Shown here in pieces: positions 26,680 to 40,653 of a stretch of 64,000 nucleotides of DNA. The position numbers were made by a program, and so were the translations under genes. This DNA comes from Octopus vulgaris (taxonomy: Eukaryota), in NCBI GenBank assembly GCA_951406725.2, contig OX597838.1:39804001-39868000 (forward strand). Reading direction: 5' to 3'. Under the pieces are notes generated by a model. It ran no database searches, had not been told where the DNA came from, and saw nothing but the letters and a program-made list of their open reading frames with translations. The first letter of the stretch is position 1. Each line of letters begins with the position of its first letter.

Positions 26680-26868
26680 ATTTTCGAGCTACAGTGATTC
26701 ATCAACTCGAAAATTTAAAGAAATTAACAGCCATGAAACGATCGTAGTGATATATTAATTATATTTTTTTAATAATTTTGTTATATATTTAAATAATATA
26801 AATTAAATAATCTTATGTATTGGCTTAAGTTTTTCATTGTATGATTGTGTGGTTTTGTCTCTAATTTA

Positions 26869-26963
<95 letters not shown>

Positions 26964-26968
26964 CTGTG

Positions 26969-27043
<75 letters not shown>

Positions 27044-27417
27044 GGAAAATGAGAGATAGCTTCTGGGAAAATAATTGTACAAAATCTTTAATATAATATC
27101 GGGTCATTGTTGAGCGCAGCGAGGACCTTCATTTTCTTGTATTTCGTATATGTTTGTTTGGATATATTATACGTATCTAAATCTATACATGTAAAGTCTT
27201 TATATTCCACAGTCACCACTTCAAGAAGATGCACAGTCCACTATCAGTTTAGGACAAGATGTTGACAACTAATTACTATCCATATGGATACAGCTGTAAA
27301 TTATTTTATTTGTACAATCCGAAATCGTCCCTGAATTTGTATTTAAAATGGTGTCATTGTGCATAAATAGCATGAATTTTGATTCCTGCTATATTTTCTG
27401 CCTTAGCTAAATTCTTT

Positions 27418-27466
<49 letters not shown>

Positions 27467-27532
27467 CTACACACTCTCTCACATACTACATACTACACAT
27501 ACTACACACTCTCTCAAACACACACTCATACA

Positions 27533-28360
27533 CAGGGTGATGAATTGGGGAATAGAAAGCAGAAATACTAAATTTGTAGTAGAGAAAATGTTAGCTGACT
27601 TGGAGTACTGAATGCCATCTTAAAAAGTTTTATATGCATCTTGATTTCGCTGGGTGTCAAAATGCCGACCTCACGACCGCTGCTCAAAGCTCTGTGAACG
27701 CTGTAAAAGCTGTAAGACATGACATAGACAGCTTCAACGGCAGCTACAAAGTTGTGAGCTATGATCAGCGGAAGGGGCACAGTAGACTTTCTGACTGGGT
27801 TTCTACGCCGAGATTCCGCCCCACATCTCCAAACAGGGACTGAGGTTCAATTCAGACGGCTATGTGACGCTGCTGGAGAATGTGGCAAATCGCTGGCTGG
27901 AGAGGGTTGCTAGCGGATAACCATACATATGGCACAAAGATTCAACTCCTTGCTATACCTTCGGAAAGAGTTAGAATTGGTTGTCAGAGAATTTATGCGT
28001 CTTTACCAGTCCTAATTTCTGGGCCTCCTAATTCTCTCCGATTATAAGCTCATGTTTGGGCACGGTTGAGACAGACGCCAAATGCCAAACGCTCTGCGTG
28101 CAACTCCAAGGCCTCGTTCATGGCCAAGATGAAGGTGTTCGAAGATCTTCTCAGAGACACAGTGAGGTACGTATGTACCAGATGCTGCAGCCGTCTTAAG
28201 GCCTTAGTGAAAGGCGAGGGAGGTTATTTTGAGTAAAGTGTTATTTGCCAGCAATATTCTAGTTGATATTTTTGAATTTTTTAAAAGGTAATTTATTTTT
28301 AGATGGGATATTTTGTCTTCTACTTTTATAGAAACTGTTCAATTTAGCCCAAACACCCTG
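27533..28360 (+). mobile_element. Decayed Tc1/mariner-superfamily element in intron 2 of gene B
   Basis: Ends cagggtg...caccctg-ta; traces of WPPNSPD-like coding near 28020. Confidence 0.5.
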
Positions 28361-28431
28361 TACAAACTTTATTCACTCTTTCTCATTCTATTTCTCACGC
28401 ACAATTCTTTCCACTTAGGAATTTCACTTAC

Positions 28432-28592
28432 TACATCATTCAAAGTTTTTGCCACGTTCAAAGCTCTTCTACATTGCCTATACGAGGTATGCTGCTTCTT
28501 TGTTTCGGGATGACAAGGGAACCTCTCATCCAAACATTTGTAAAACTTGCAGTTGACATTTTCACTATGTTTGAGACATTTGGGAGTAACGT
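28432..28592 (-). CDS. Stanniocalcin-like gene B, exon 2
   Basis: Polypyrimidine acceptor cttttctttttctttttcag and donor GTAAGT; 161 nt, phase 1 to 0; (D)VTPKCLKHSENVNCKFYKCLDERFPCHPETKKQHTSYRQCRRALNVAKTLNDV, five Cys. Confidence 0.9.
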
Positions 28593-28699
28593 CTGAAAAA
28601 GAAAAAGAAAAGAAATACAAAGGTATTAAACACGGTGTTACCGATTCTTTCTGGTTATTAATAATAAGACCCCCCCCACCTCCCCTAAGAGAGCAAGAC

Positions 28700-29001
28700 A
28701 AGAAGCTGGCATTCCGTCGCTTGCTCCCACGAGGGTTCCAGGTGATCCGATCAATGGAACAGCCACTCCACAGACACGTGTACGTTTAACGTACTTATCA
28801 GGGAGATTTAGCATGACACAAAACGCGATCAGGTTGGCCCTTCGAAATACAGGTACTACTATTTTTTTTGTTTTTGCTCACTGAGTGGATTGAAGCAATA
28901 TGAAATAAAGTGTCTTACGCAAGGACACAATGTGTCGCCAGGAACTGAACGCATGACCTTACGATTGTGAGCCGAGAACCTTAACCATTAAGCTACGCAC
29001 C
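28700..29001 (-). mobile_element. tRNA-derived CORE-like SINE
   Basis: Minus strand ggtgcgtagcttaatggttaagg...cgttcagttcc...tgtgtccttgcgtaagacacttta. Confidence 0.6.
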
Positions 29002-29054
29002 TGAAACGGGTAAAAGGTAAATAAAAGATGAAATTTTGGTGGTGGGAGCCAATC

Positions 29055-30123
29055 GGACAAAATAATGGAAACACCTTAAAAATTCAAATAAATTAATTTT
29101 AATATGGGGTAGGACCACCTTTGGCAGTAATTAGAGCTTGTTTTTCTAAAATGCACCATAAATGTTCAATAATATTGAGATCTGGGGATTGTGGTGGCCA
29201 GATAAGATGTTCAACTACACTAGAATGTTCCTCGTGCCATTCAATAACAACTTTAGCTGTGTAAATTGGTGCATCATTATACTGAAAGATTGCGTTTCCC
29301 TCTGGAAACAGTTCCGCAACCATAGGATGAATTTGATGAGATAAAATGCCTAAACTGTCTTGACTATTAATACTGCCATGAAGGAAAACCATTGAGCCGG
29401 CGGATTTCCAAGATATAGCCCCCAGATCATCAGATCCACCACCATGTTTAAGAGTTAGAAGAAGGCAGTCTGGGTCAAATGCCTCTTTTGGCTGTCTCCA
29501 CACGTATACTCGCCCGGTGGTCGGAAATAATATAAAGGTTGACTTGTCCGAGAAAGTAACATTCTTCCACTGCTCTAGGGACCAATTTTGTAGGTTTTTA
29601 CTCCATTCTAATTGCTTTGCAACGTTTATTTTTGAATGTAGTGGTTTTCTGATTGCAGCCCTCGCGTGAAATCCGGCTTTGTGCAGCTCCCGGCGAACAG
29701 TTTTTGTGGAAACTGGGTTCTTAACGTGGTCATTAAGCTCTGCAGTAAATTTGGGAGCTGTACTGTTGTGATCCTTTCTAATAATTCGCGTAAGAGTCCG
29801 GAGATTTGTTTCAACGAGGAAGTTTTTCCCTCTTTCTCAAAGGCTGCCATTACTTTCCAGACAGTATTTCTTGATACACCAAACATTTGGGCTGCCATAT
29901 GCGCACCAACAATTTGACCCCTTTGAAAGTCCGATAGATCTATCATGTTAATGGATTTTGATTATCTTTTTCTGGTGATATCTGAAAGAAACAGCAATTT
30001 TAGCAAAACATATTAAGCAACACTAATAATAAATCAAAAGCAGAAAAATAAACAAGCTTTTGACAGTTTTATCGATATTTCAAAATTATGATGCTATGAT
30101 GCTAGGTGTTTACATTATTTTGT
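29055..30123 (-). mobile_element. Tc1-family DNA transposon, degenerate
   Basis: TIRs acaaaataatggaaacacct / aggtgtttacattattttgt; DLSDFQRGQIVG, KHGGGS, WPPQSPDLNIIEHLW. Confidence 0.9.
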
Positions 30124-31503
30124 AAGTAGCTGTGAGGTAAGTAGCTTTCTTCCCAACCACATGGTTCCGGGTTCAGTCCCACTGCGTGGCACCTAGGCCA
30201 AGTGTCTTCTACTATAGCCTCAGGCCGACCAAAGCCTTGTGAGTGGATTTGGCATTCAAACCTGGCTTGAATGCTTGCAACAGAGTAGAATTTGCTTAAG
30301 GCAGCTGAGGTCCCAGGTCGTGCTGCTAAGTCCGGACAACGGATTGAATATGCCGTGTCTGCTGGCCGTCTCGGGATTTGAACTCATAACGCGAAGACCG
30401 GGCAGTAATCTAGCAAGGTACCCGATCAGCTGCTTTCAAAGATCGTCAGTTCTCTGTTATGAATTCGTACCATTGTTGATGACTCCGAAAATGGTGGAAG
30501 GCAAATTTGACCTCTGGGAGACTTGAACTCAGAACATAGATATTGAAACAAATGCTACAAAGTAATCCTTGATATTAGCCTTCCATGTGTCGAGATCTTT
30601 AATATCTAAGAAAGCATTTTTTAATATTTCACTACTGAACATGTACATACTGTCTGTTTTTAACGCAATCAAGCATGTCGAAAGACCCTCCTGAATCTAT
30701 GGGATTAATAAAATTAATATTCCTCTTGAATCATTGGAGGCGAAGACTTGCAGGAGAGACATGTACAAGGAGGTAAGTTAGAGGAAAGATGGACTGAGTG
30801 CTGTGGTTATTAACTCGATGGGTCACAAGGGTGACAAGAGGAGGAAAGACAAATGTTTTGGAAATGCTTGAGTTGAGGAGATATGAACTCACTTCGAGGG
30901 GCATTCGAGATCAGAAACCATTCCCTGTGGCAAGAAACCTATCGCTCCCCCAGATTTTAATTCCTCACTCCTTCTAATATAATGTAACCCCGTTATACAT
31001 ACATTGTAAGATTCATGTAGTTCCTTCGGATTTTCAGACTTTATTCCTGTATCACTCTACTAATTTATGTAATCCGGTTACACATGGCGTAGAGAATCAC
31101 TCTTTGTTCTCTTATTTTATTAACATCTTCGTTCAACTCCATTTATTTATTTATTCATATATATATATATATATATATATAGCCATGTATATAGTGAAGG
31201 CACTGGTGTTTAGGCTGTTGCTATCATGATTGCTAAATCGTGGGCTCGATTCCCAGACCGGGCGGTGCGTTGTGTTCTAGAGCAAAACACTTCATTTCCC
31301 GTAGCTCACCCACTCTTTGGATCGGGGGAAATGTTGGTCTGCTCACCTAACCAGCGGAGTGGCGTCATCTGATGGCTAAAACAAAGCAAAGCAAAAGCGC
31401 ATTTGATCACCGATGTTTAACAACATCTGATAGTCTGGTTGGTCACGTGATCATAAGATATATATATATACATATAATAAATATTAGGGAATAATTTAAT
31501 ATA

Positions 31504-31648
<145 letters not shown>

Positions 31649-32453
31649 CACATATATACATATACACGACGAGCTTCTTTCGGTTTCCGTCTACGAAATT
31701 CACTGAGAAGTCATTGGTCGACCCGTCGCTATATTAAAAGATACTTGCTTAGGGTGCCCCGCCGTGGTAATGAACCCGGAACCATGTGTTTGAGGAGCAA
31801 CTTCTTATCACACAGCCACGCCTGCGTCTATTACTACTCAGCCAATCCTGCGCATTGATAACCTGTTCATGGAGTACTGGAATATTAGCAACAATTGTGA
31901 CTGTTCCGGAAACTTTTGATACCACTTCGTATGTATGTATATTATATTTGCTGATGTGTCTGCATTTATACATTACACTATACTGGAAATCGTCCAGTGA
32001 CAAGACTAAGTCACTACAGTTAGAGATAGGACGGGATACAGTTGATGACCCCATTGTCATCACCGGGCCCTGTTCGCACTCCAAAACGCTTGTTGTTCTC
32101 CCCACCCATGAGATATATCTGTGAGATAGACAAGGTTGAAATTAAACTGTAATTGTCCAAAACAGAAAAAAATTACTTAGCTATTGCAACAACGACTGTT
32201 TAGGTGAGGTGACTACATTGTTAACAGAAGGAAGACGGTGAGCTATGCATTGGGTCAAATCAATTTAAACAGTCCCTGTTAGCAAATAACAGCGTTTGAG
32301 AACACTATAAGTATTGATACTGTTTGAAGGTGCCGAAATCTTTGGAAACACAATTCGAGACCTGATGTAGAAGCTCCAAATAAAATACAAATAATATATA
32401 TTAATAAATATATACACAGACACACTGATGCAAAAAAACAATGATGCACTCAC

Positions 32454-32559
32454 CTACTTTGGCTTTAATAACACGAGCAGGGTCAAGTTCAGTGTGAAAA
32501 TAAAATCCTTTGATTGCTAATACAAATGACATCAAAAGAACCGCGAGAACCTTCCACAT
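32454..32559 (-). CDS. Stanniocalcin-like gene B, exon 1 (signal peptide)
   Basis: ATG at 32559; MWKVLAVLLMSFVLAIKGFYFHTELDPARVIKAKV plus 1 nt, then GTGAGT donor (phase 1). Hydrophobic N-terminus; paralogous exon at 9540-9639. Confidence 0.85.
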
Positions 32560-32665
32560 GTTTTCTACTTCTTTCTGCCTACTTAAATACCAAAGTCTTG
32601 TGCTGCTATCAATAGGTTCTGCTCTCTTCAAATCCTTTTCTCGAACTGTATTACTGATGTCTGCA

Positions 32666-32672
32666 TTATATA
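32666..32672 (-). promoter_or_regulatory. Putative TATA box of gene B
   Basis: TATATAA on minus strand about 107 nt upstream of the ATG; paralog A has TATAA at 9711-9715. Confidence 0.4.
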
Positions 32673-32734
32673 GTTTTTGTTACAATTTATTTTCCCCCTC
32701 TCACTTTCTTTGTCTCAGTGTCTCTCTCTTCATA

Positions 32735-32785
<51 letters not shown>

Positions 32786-32852
32786 GTATATATGTATGTG
32801 TGTGTGTGTGTCTGACTCTCTGTGTCTATACATACATATATATTTGTATGAA

Positions 32853-32935
<83 letters not shown>

Positions 32936-33247
32936 GTATGTTTGTATGTTTGTATGTATGTATGCCAACGCACTCGCTCATCAGACAACCCGCTAACTCA
33001 TTCATTGGTATTCTGTCAAGTTGACAAACACTGATATATTAGCTAAAGGAATATAAAAAAAATATATGATTCGTTTTCATAAAACAATATTCGCAAAAAG
33101 AGAAAGGGAGACATACCTGTACTTGAACCATTTTGAATTTAAGGGCTTCGAAAATTTGCCTGGCTTCGGTAAACTCAAACCTACATGGTGTTATCAAGTT
33201 CTTCCCTATCATTTGCAGTCAATAATTAACAGTTAAATAATAACCCA

Positions 33248-33335
<88 letters not shown>
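33248..33335 (+). repeat. (TATC)n array, left of Tx1 copy A
   Basis: Perfect tetranucleotide repeat. Confidence 0.97.
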
Positions 33336-34692
33336 CATTTGCTGTCAACACCCGTTAAAAGGAGGACTGGGCATGCCGTGGTTGATGATGCGCAGATACG
33401 CGCTGAGACTGCGACATCTCAGGCTCTTCGTAGACGACGGTGAACAGGTGTGGTCGCCGTTTGTGAGGCACGCTTTCCCGCAGCTCGTCTCCATGACCGA
33501 ACTGCAGTCGTGGATCAAAAAGAGGCCGAGGAAGGGTGAATGGCAGCTCTCAAGCAACTCTGCCGTCCCGGGTCGACCTTGAGTGACTTCAACACAACCA
33601 AAGCATTCTATAGGGTATTAGTGGAGGGGAGGTACGACGACAAGCTCGGGGCGAACCTGGACGTCGACGAGGAGTACCTGACCCGCCTGTTCAGGACGAC
33701 TTTCGGGCCAGGGCCCATGGACAACTTCCAGAGATCCCTGGCCTGGCAGTGCTACCGAGAAGCGCTACCCGTTCGGGATAAGCTCTACAGACACGGCTCG
33801 AGAAACACGGGGCCGACCTGCCCGAGATGCGGTCAGAGCGACAAAACCGTTCTGCACGCACTCGTGCAGTGTCCAACAATTTCCGACCTGTGAGCTTATG
33901 TCGAACAACTGTCACCTGTGGGACGAGTCGGTTTATCAGCTGAGTCTATCGTCAATATTGTCACGCCTCCTTCCTTCAAACGGGAAGGAAGAGCTATTTT
34001 CATCATCTTTGTGGCTATGGCGAAAGAATGTATCTGGTGGACGCGTCTGAAAGGATTGGAGACAAATACTTTCCTCTCTGGTCAATCTTTCATCAACTTC
34101 TTCAAGTACCACTTGAAAAGGAAAGTGAGAGTAGAGAGGCAAGTTTTGTCTAGCGAATGTTTTAAAAAAAGATGGGTGAATGTAGCAAGGATGGCACGTA
34201 TGAATTACGAAGCCACGTTGAGCATAATCCTATGAACCCAGAAATTGAAAACAGAGGGTTACCCACTTGCAAACAAATGTGGTAACATGTAACAATATTG
34301 CCCAAGGTTACCGTGGTCTTTTTCGTAGGCTTTTCTTCCCACGGATAAACCTTACTTGTTTTCCCCTTTACACCATATATCATAACACTGTGATACACGA
34401 TCCCTATTGATCGTTTTTTTTTTCCTCTTCCCCTTTTTTCCCCCTTTTTCTTCTTTTTTCATTTCTCTTTTCTTTTGTTCCTTTTCCTTTTCTTTTTTTT
34501 CTTTTTATTCTTTTTATTTTATTTTATTTATTTTTTGGTTCTTTTCTTCCCTTTTACGATCCCTCTTGATCGAAAACCTACGCCACCCCCTTTTTTTTCT
34601 TTTGTTTTTTGTTTTTTTCATCCCCCAAAAGAAAAGCTCTACCTTGTAACTTGTCCCATCTATGTGCAGCCCTGTGTGGCCAATAAAGAAAC

Positions 34693-34693
<1 letters not shown>
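33336..34693 (+). mobile_element. Tx1-clade non-LTR retrotransposon copy A, 5'-truncated
   Basis: ORF2 3' part (GLGMPWL, CPRCGQSDKTVLHALVQC zinc finger), 3' UTR ending AATAAAGAAACT; (TATC)n on both sides. Confidence 0.9.
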
Positions 34694-34774
<81 letters not shown>

Positions 34775-34779
34775 CTGTC
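34694..34779 (+). repeat. (TATC)n spacer between copies A and B
   Basis: Tetranucleotide repeat. Confidence 0.97.
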
Positions 34780-34979
34780 TATGGATGTGCTGTCTCATCG
34801 ACTCCGAAGGTAATTCTTTATTTTGACTATTTATAGCCCAATTTTTGTGTACATTTTTGTAAATAAGTTGTGTAAGGCACCCAACTTTCGTTTGAGTGCT
34901 TTTCCAAGGGAGGAATTCGCCCCTAGGGGCAGTTTCAACCCTATTTGATTTTTGTAATTTCTTTCTAGACATTTTCAAA

Positions 34980-37153
34980 ATGTCAAGAAATTGTATTGTA
35001 GAACAATGGTCGCGTTCCTTTATCGACCAGCTTTCTCCTAGACTGGAAACGCTAGGAGAAAAAAAGAATTTTTGCGCGCAAAGTAAAATTATCAATGACT
35101 TTGCAATGAACGCTACAACTACGTGTAGTAACAGCCCTGTCACCAACACCACCACTAGCAAGAACAACATAGAGACTACTACTGTTACCACCACCGCCTT
35201 CACCACCACCACCGCCGTCACCTCATCCATTACCTCAACTACCAACAGCAACAACAATAACAATGACAACAAAAATAAAAATTGCGCCACTATTTCGACA
35301 TCTGCTGCCTCGGCTGTCTCTTCTGTCACTGACACCACCACCACAAAAACAACAATAACAACAACAACAATTCCGTTCAGACCTGTTTTACTCCAACAAC
35401 AAGAACTGAAGTGAATAAACAAAAAACTGTAACCACCAAACAAATTGACAAAAGCTGCTCGAATACAGGGATAAATTATGAAAATAATTTTCCACCCCTT
35501 CCTACTTGCACAATCGAACCAAACACACCAATTTTACAAACTGCAGCCAACAACAACATCACTACCAGCAACAACAATAACAAAACAACAACAAATTTCG
35601 CTGAGGCGATTAAAGAAAAAACAACAGTATATTTTACTGCTCAACAAATACAAAACACGAACATTACAATAACAGAATTAGATGGTATAGTGAAGATAAA
35701 CATACCAGAAGAAATATTAGAAGATGAAAAAAAAAGAACAATTATTTATAAAATAATTAATAAGAAAACAAAAAGCCCAGAGAAGGCTAACACAAGCAAA
35801 ATAGAAAAATGCTTGAAACCCATCTGGAACTACAAAGACTATGTGACCTGGTGGAACAAGTTCGCACACATAAAAGTGGTTTTCCACACTGAAGAGTTAG
35901 CAAGACGTTTCTCAACGCTAACTCTTCATTCAGATGAACTTACATTAACACCAAGCTATCGGGGACAGAAAGTGACTAAGATCACTTTAAACAATGTCCC
36001 AAAAATAGCTAATAATCTATGGCTAGTAAAGGCCTTATGTGTAAAAATGACAAATTTCACTATTTTGGAAACCACGGTCACGGAGCACAAAAACTGGGTG
36101 GGAAAAAAAGTAGAATTTCTACTACATGTAAATCAAGAAGACATAAAAAAAATACCTACCCAGATATGTGTATCAGAAGACCACAAGTTGTATGTGGTCG
36201 TCGATGGCAGAAGACCACGTTGCTACATATGCGGCAGTGAGCAACACCTAAAAAAAGACTGCAAATCTGCCGCAAGAAAACAACAGCAGCCGGAAAAAAA
36301 ACAAATAAACCAGGTTTACTACCCACACCACGTTTTGCAGGAACAAACCTCACCAACCAAACAACCACACCAACTGCAGCACCAAGAACAGAAGCAACAT
36401 CACCAACAACAACAACCAAGAATAAACCAACTCCCAAACCAAGGACATCTGCCAAAAAGACACTCAGCGAAAATGAAGAAACAATTACAACTCCAAATCC
36501 CCACAAAATTGAGACCCCAAACAACACAACAATACCTACAATCACTCAAACACAAAATACCCACACCCCACCTCCAAAACCGCATACACCACAACCAAAC
36601 GCTCACCAACCAACACCAACAACAAAATCAACACAGTCTACAATAGACCCCAATATTTTCCCTCTTCCAAGCTCTGATTCTTCTGATTTGTCATTAGACG
36701 AAGAAGACCCAGAGGATTGGCAAATAGCCACAGGAGGGAGAAGAAAAAAGGGGGAAAAAAAGAAAAGAAAAAATAACAAACAAAGCAGGAAGATACACCA
36801 CTCCCGAAACAAAAACATCCACAGAAAACGAACACATCAATACAAACACACCATCATCAAACCCCCCAACAATGTTGACAGCCATAAACACAAATAACCA
36901 CGACCTAATGGAATACATTAGGTCAAACACCAACATAACTGAAAACGACATAAAAACAAATAACCACCCACGCACAACACCACCACAACATATTAAAATA
37001 ATACACGTAACACAGAACACACACCCAGCACCCTGAAATCTCTCTACCCTGATAGAGTAGGGAGATTTCAAAAATACCTATCAAAGAAACTTTACAAAAC
37101 CTCATGGGAGAAGACTGTGAGGTGAAAAACAAAGGACTTTCGGACGATAAGTA
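34980..37153 (+). pseudogene. Tx1 copy B ORF1 (gag-like, CCHC), frameshifted
   Basis: ATG 34980 MSRNCIVEQWSRSFIDQ is homologous to copy C ATG 41281 MSINFIVERWSNSFMDQ; Thr/Asn-rich N-terminus; CX2CX4HX4C near 36221. End approximate. Confidence 0.75.
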
Positions 37154-37223
37154 ACCTTTTCTCTCTCTCTTTCCTTTTTTCGCACTTTCTTTTCGTGTGT
37201 ACAACACAATTTTCTATAAGAGC

Positions 37224-40200
37224 ATGTTCAAAATAGGCAGTATAAATGTACGTGGCTTGGGGTCGCCTTGGAAACAAGGCTACCTGTTAAATGATATCAA
37301 GTCACTAAATCTGAATATCATAGCCATCAGTGAGACCAGACTCCACAGCTCGGGGGCACTCCAGCACATGTTCGGCACACATTTCAACATTTATTTTTCT
37401 CCGTGTCTACCGAGAATGGGCGGAGGTGGCACCGCGGTGCTTCTCCGGAAGAGTTTGAACCTCAAAGTAAGAGCAAATTTCCTAGACCCGGAGGGTAGGC
37501 TGGTTGTTTTTGGATGTCGATGGCAGCAATGAGTGTGCTTTTCGACTGATAACAGTTCATGCACCGTCCTTAACAGGCCGACCAGATTTCTATCGACGTC
37601 TAGAGTCTTTCATGGGAACGTCGCGTCCTTTACTTAGTGGAGGATTGGAATGCCACCCTGGACACGCATCTAGACTACGTGGGCAGAGATAGCAATAGAA
37701 AGGGATGCAAATGCCTCAAAGACCTGCTCAGACGTTTCCAACTGTCTGACAGGTACCGACTGGACCATCCGAATGTGCCAATGTGGACGTGGAGTAACCG
37801 CATCGGGTCGTCCAGATCGTACTTAGATAGAGTATTCTGTAGGACAATAGATAAAAATAGTGTAGGTTGTCCACAATTTCATATAGTCAGTTACACAGAT
37901 CACAAGTTTGTGACTTGTACACTTGACTTAGATAAGACACATAGGCAGGGTCCTGGTTACTGGAAGCTGAACGCGTCTTTTACAGCACGACAGGTTTACA
38001 GGGACCGGATCAGCACATTAGTTAAGAGAGCTTTGACGGGTACCATCATCAACAACAGATGGTGGTATGCCCTAAAAAAAAGCAATTAAAGCAGAATCAG
38101 TCAGATACAGTAAAGCCCTAGCATTAGACCGAAATAGAATAGAGCGAGACTTAGTTAAGGTTTTAGAAGAGGCACTTAGGAGTGGCATCGCTTTCAACGT
38201 ACTGGCAGCGAGGTTGGCTCTCGACCAACACCTCAACGCCAAACACGAAGGATGCGTTGTCAGAGCTAGGATGCGTGCTCTGAGGAACGAAGGAGTTGGA
38301 GCCGCCCAAGAGGCCCGAGTGGGTGGAGACGCAACGAGGCAACAGAGCCACCATCAAGTCTCTTACAGATGAACAGGGGCACGAATTGCTCGAGCCTAAA
38401 AGGATGTGTGGGGCTTTTCAACAACACTTCACCCAACTGTTTGGGACAAGTGGTGGGTCAGAACGCAGAGTAGACTTTAGTGCCTACCTGCATGCCTTGT
38501 CACGACTCACAGCAAGAGAGGTGGAGTCTTGTGAAAGGCCAATCACAGTTGCGGACGTACAGGATGCGATGGTAGGCTGCGCGAGAGACAAGTCACCAGG
38601 CTTGGATGGTCTGCCCTACGAACTTTATTTTCATATGCCAGACTTGTTTGGTGGCGTCTTGGCAGCTGTCTACTGCAACTAGCAGCAAAACGGGAGTATC
38701 CCTGCTTTTGTAAAGCGAGGAGCAGTGGCACTGATTAAGAAAGACCCAAACAAGGGGGACGTCATAGATAACTTCAGGCCCATCACTCTGCTCAACGCAG
38801 ATTTGAACATTTTGGCCAAGGTGTTAGCCGAGAGGTTGGCGCTTGTCATCAGGAAACTAGTCGACAAGGCGCAAACATGCGCCCTGTCGGGTAGAAGTAT
38901 TCATGACAACCTCCATCTGATGCGCTACATCATAGACAGGGTAGTCAAGAATCCTGGCATGGGTGGGGCGCTGATCAATTTGGATCAATCAAAAGCTTTC
39001 GATAGGGTAGACCATCACTACTTGGAGGCTGTCCTTAAAGCGGCTGGTTTCGGTCCAGTTTTCCGCGGTTGGATCGCTGCCTGATACAGTGGCATCCGCT
39101 CAGTAGTTCGCGTAAATAGTCATTTATCCAGACCTTTTAACATCATGCGTTCGGTTCGTCAGGGATGCCCCCTCTCATCGCTTCTGTATGTATTGACTCT
39201 TGAGCCACTACTGCGGAAACTGGCGATGCTGACGGGCATCCCACGAGAGCTGGGATGCGGGAGGAGCGTGTCTGCATACGCGGATGACGTCACCGTCATA
39301 GTGACGAGCTACCAGCACATCGAGCTGGTCGGCGAAGAATACGAAGCGGTAACGGGAGCAAAAATTAACCGGGAAAAGTCAGTGGGCTTGCGGCTCGGCA
39401 CCTGGAGAAGCAGGCCCATGCCGTCCAACAGCGTCTCCATCGTGGGACGCTGGACGGACGGACCGGTTAAATTGCTCGGGGTCTGGTTCGGTCCGGACCT
39501 CCAAATGGAGAAGAACTGGGGCGAAATAACGACTAGGGTGGCTACTCTCACCAAGAAATGGGCTGAGAGAAAGCTATCCCTAAAAGGTTGGGCGGAGGTG
39601 GCGAACGCGTACATCGCATCTGTCATCGAGTATCGTCTGACCGTCGTGCCTTGTCCCGACCCTACCATCATCAAACTTGAACGTATACTCCTCCGCTTCC
39701 TGTGGAAGAGAAACGTCCCGATGGTTAGGCGATCCATTTGCTGTCAACACCCGCTAAATGGAGGGCTGGGCATGCCGTGGTTGATGATGCGCAGACATGC
39801 ACTGAGACTGCGAAATCTCCGGCGCTTCATAGACGACGGTGAACAGGTGTGGTCGCCTTTTGTGCGGCGTGCTTTCCCGCAGCTCGTCTCCTTGGCCGAA
39901 CTACAGTCATGGATCAAGGAGAGACCGAGGCTAGGCGAATGGCACCTCGAGTGTCCTGTTGCTCTCAAGCAACACTGCCGTCCGGGATCGAACTTGTGCG
40001 ACTCCATCACAATAAAGGCATTCTATAGAGGATTAGTGGAGGGAAGGTGCGACGACGAACTCGGGCAGAGTCTGGGCGTCGACGAGGAACACCTGACCCA
40101 CCTTTTCAGGACAACTTTCGGGCCGGGACCTATGAACAATCACCAAAGATCCATGGCCTGGCAGTGCTATCAAGAAGCATTAACTGTTCGGGATAAGCTC

Positions 40201-40653
40201 TACAGACACGGTCCCAGACACACAGGACCGACTTGCCCGAGATGCGGTCAGAGCGACGAAACCGTTCTGCACGCACTCGTGCAATGTCCAACCATTTCAG
40301 ACCTATGAACTTATGCCGAACGGCTGCTGTCACGTGTGGGACGAGTTCACCTAACGGCCGAGTCTATCGTGGAAATTGCTCCGCCCCCTTCCCTCAACCG
40401 GGAAGGCAAGGCAGTTTTCATCGTACTGGTGGCCATAGTGAAAGAATGTGTGTGGTGGAACCGAGCGAAAGGATTAGGGACAAACACTTACCTCTCTGGC
40501 CAATCGCTCATCAACTTTTTCAAGTACCACTTGAAAAGGAAGGTGAGAATGGATAGGGAAGTTTTGTCTCGCGAAAGATTCAAAAAAAGATGGGTGAATG
40601 TTGCAAAGATGGTGCGTGCGAGTGACGAAACCATTTTGAGCATGATCCTGTAG
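37224..40653 (+). pseudogene. Tx1 copy B ORF2 (APE endonuclease-RT-CCHC) with frameshifts and stops
   Basis: Split over ORF-track pieces 37197, 37504, 37637, 38296, 38725, 39145 and 40336, all with L1/Tx1 motifs. Confidence 0.9.
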
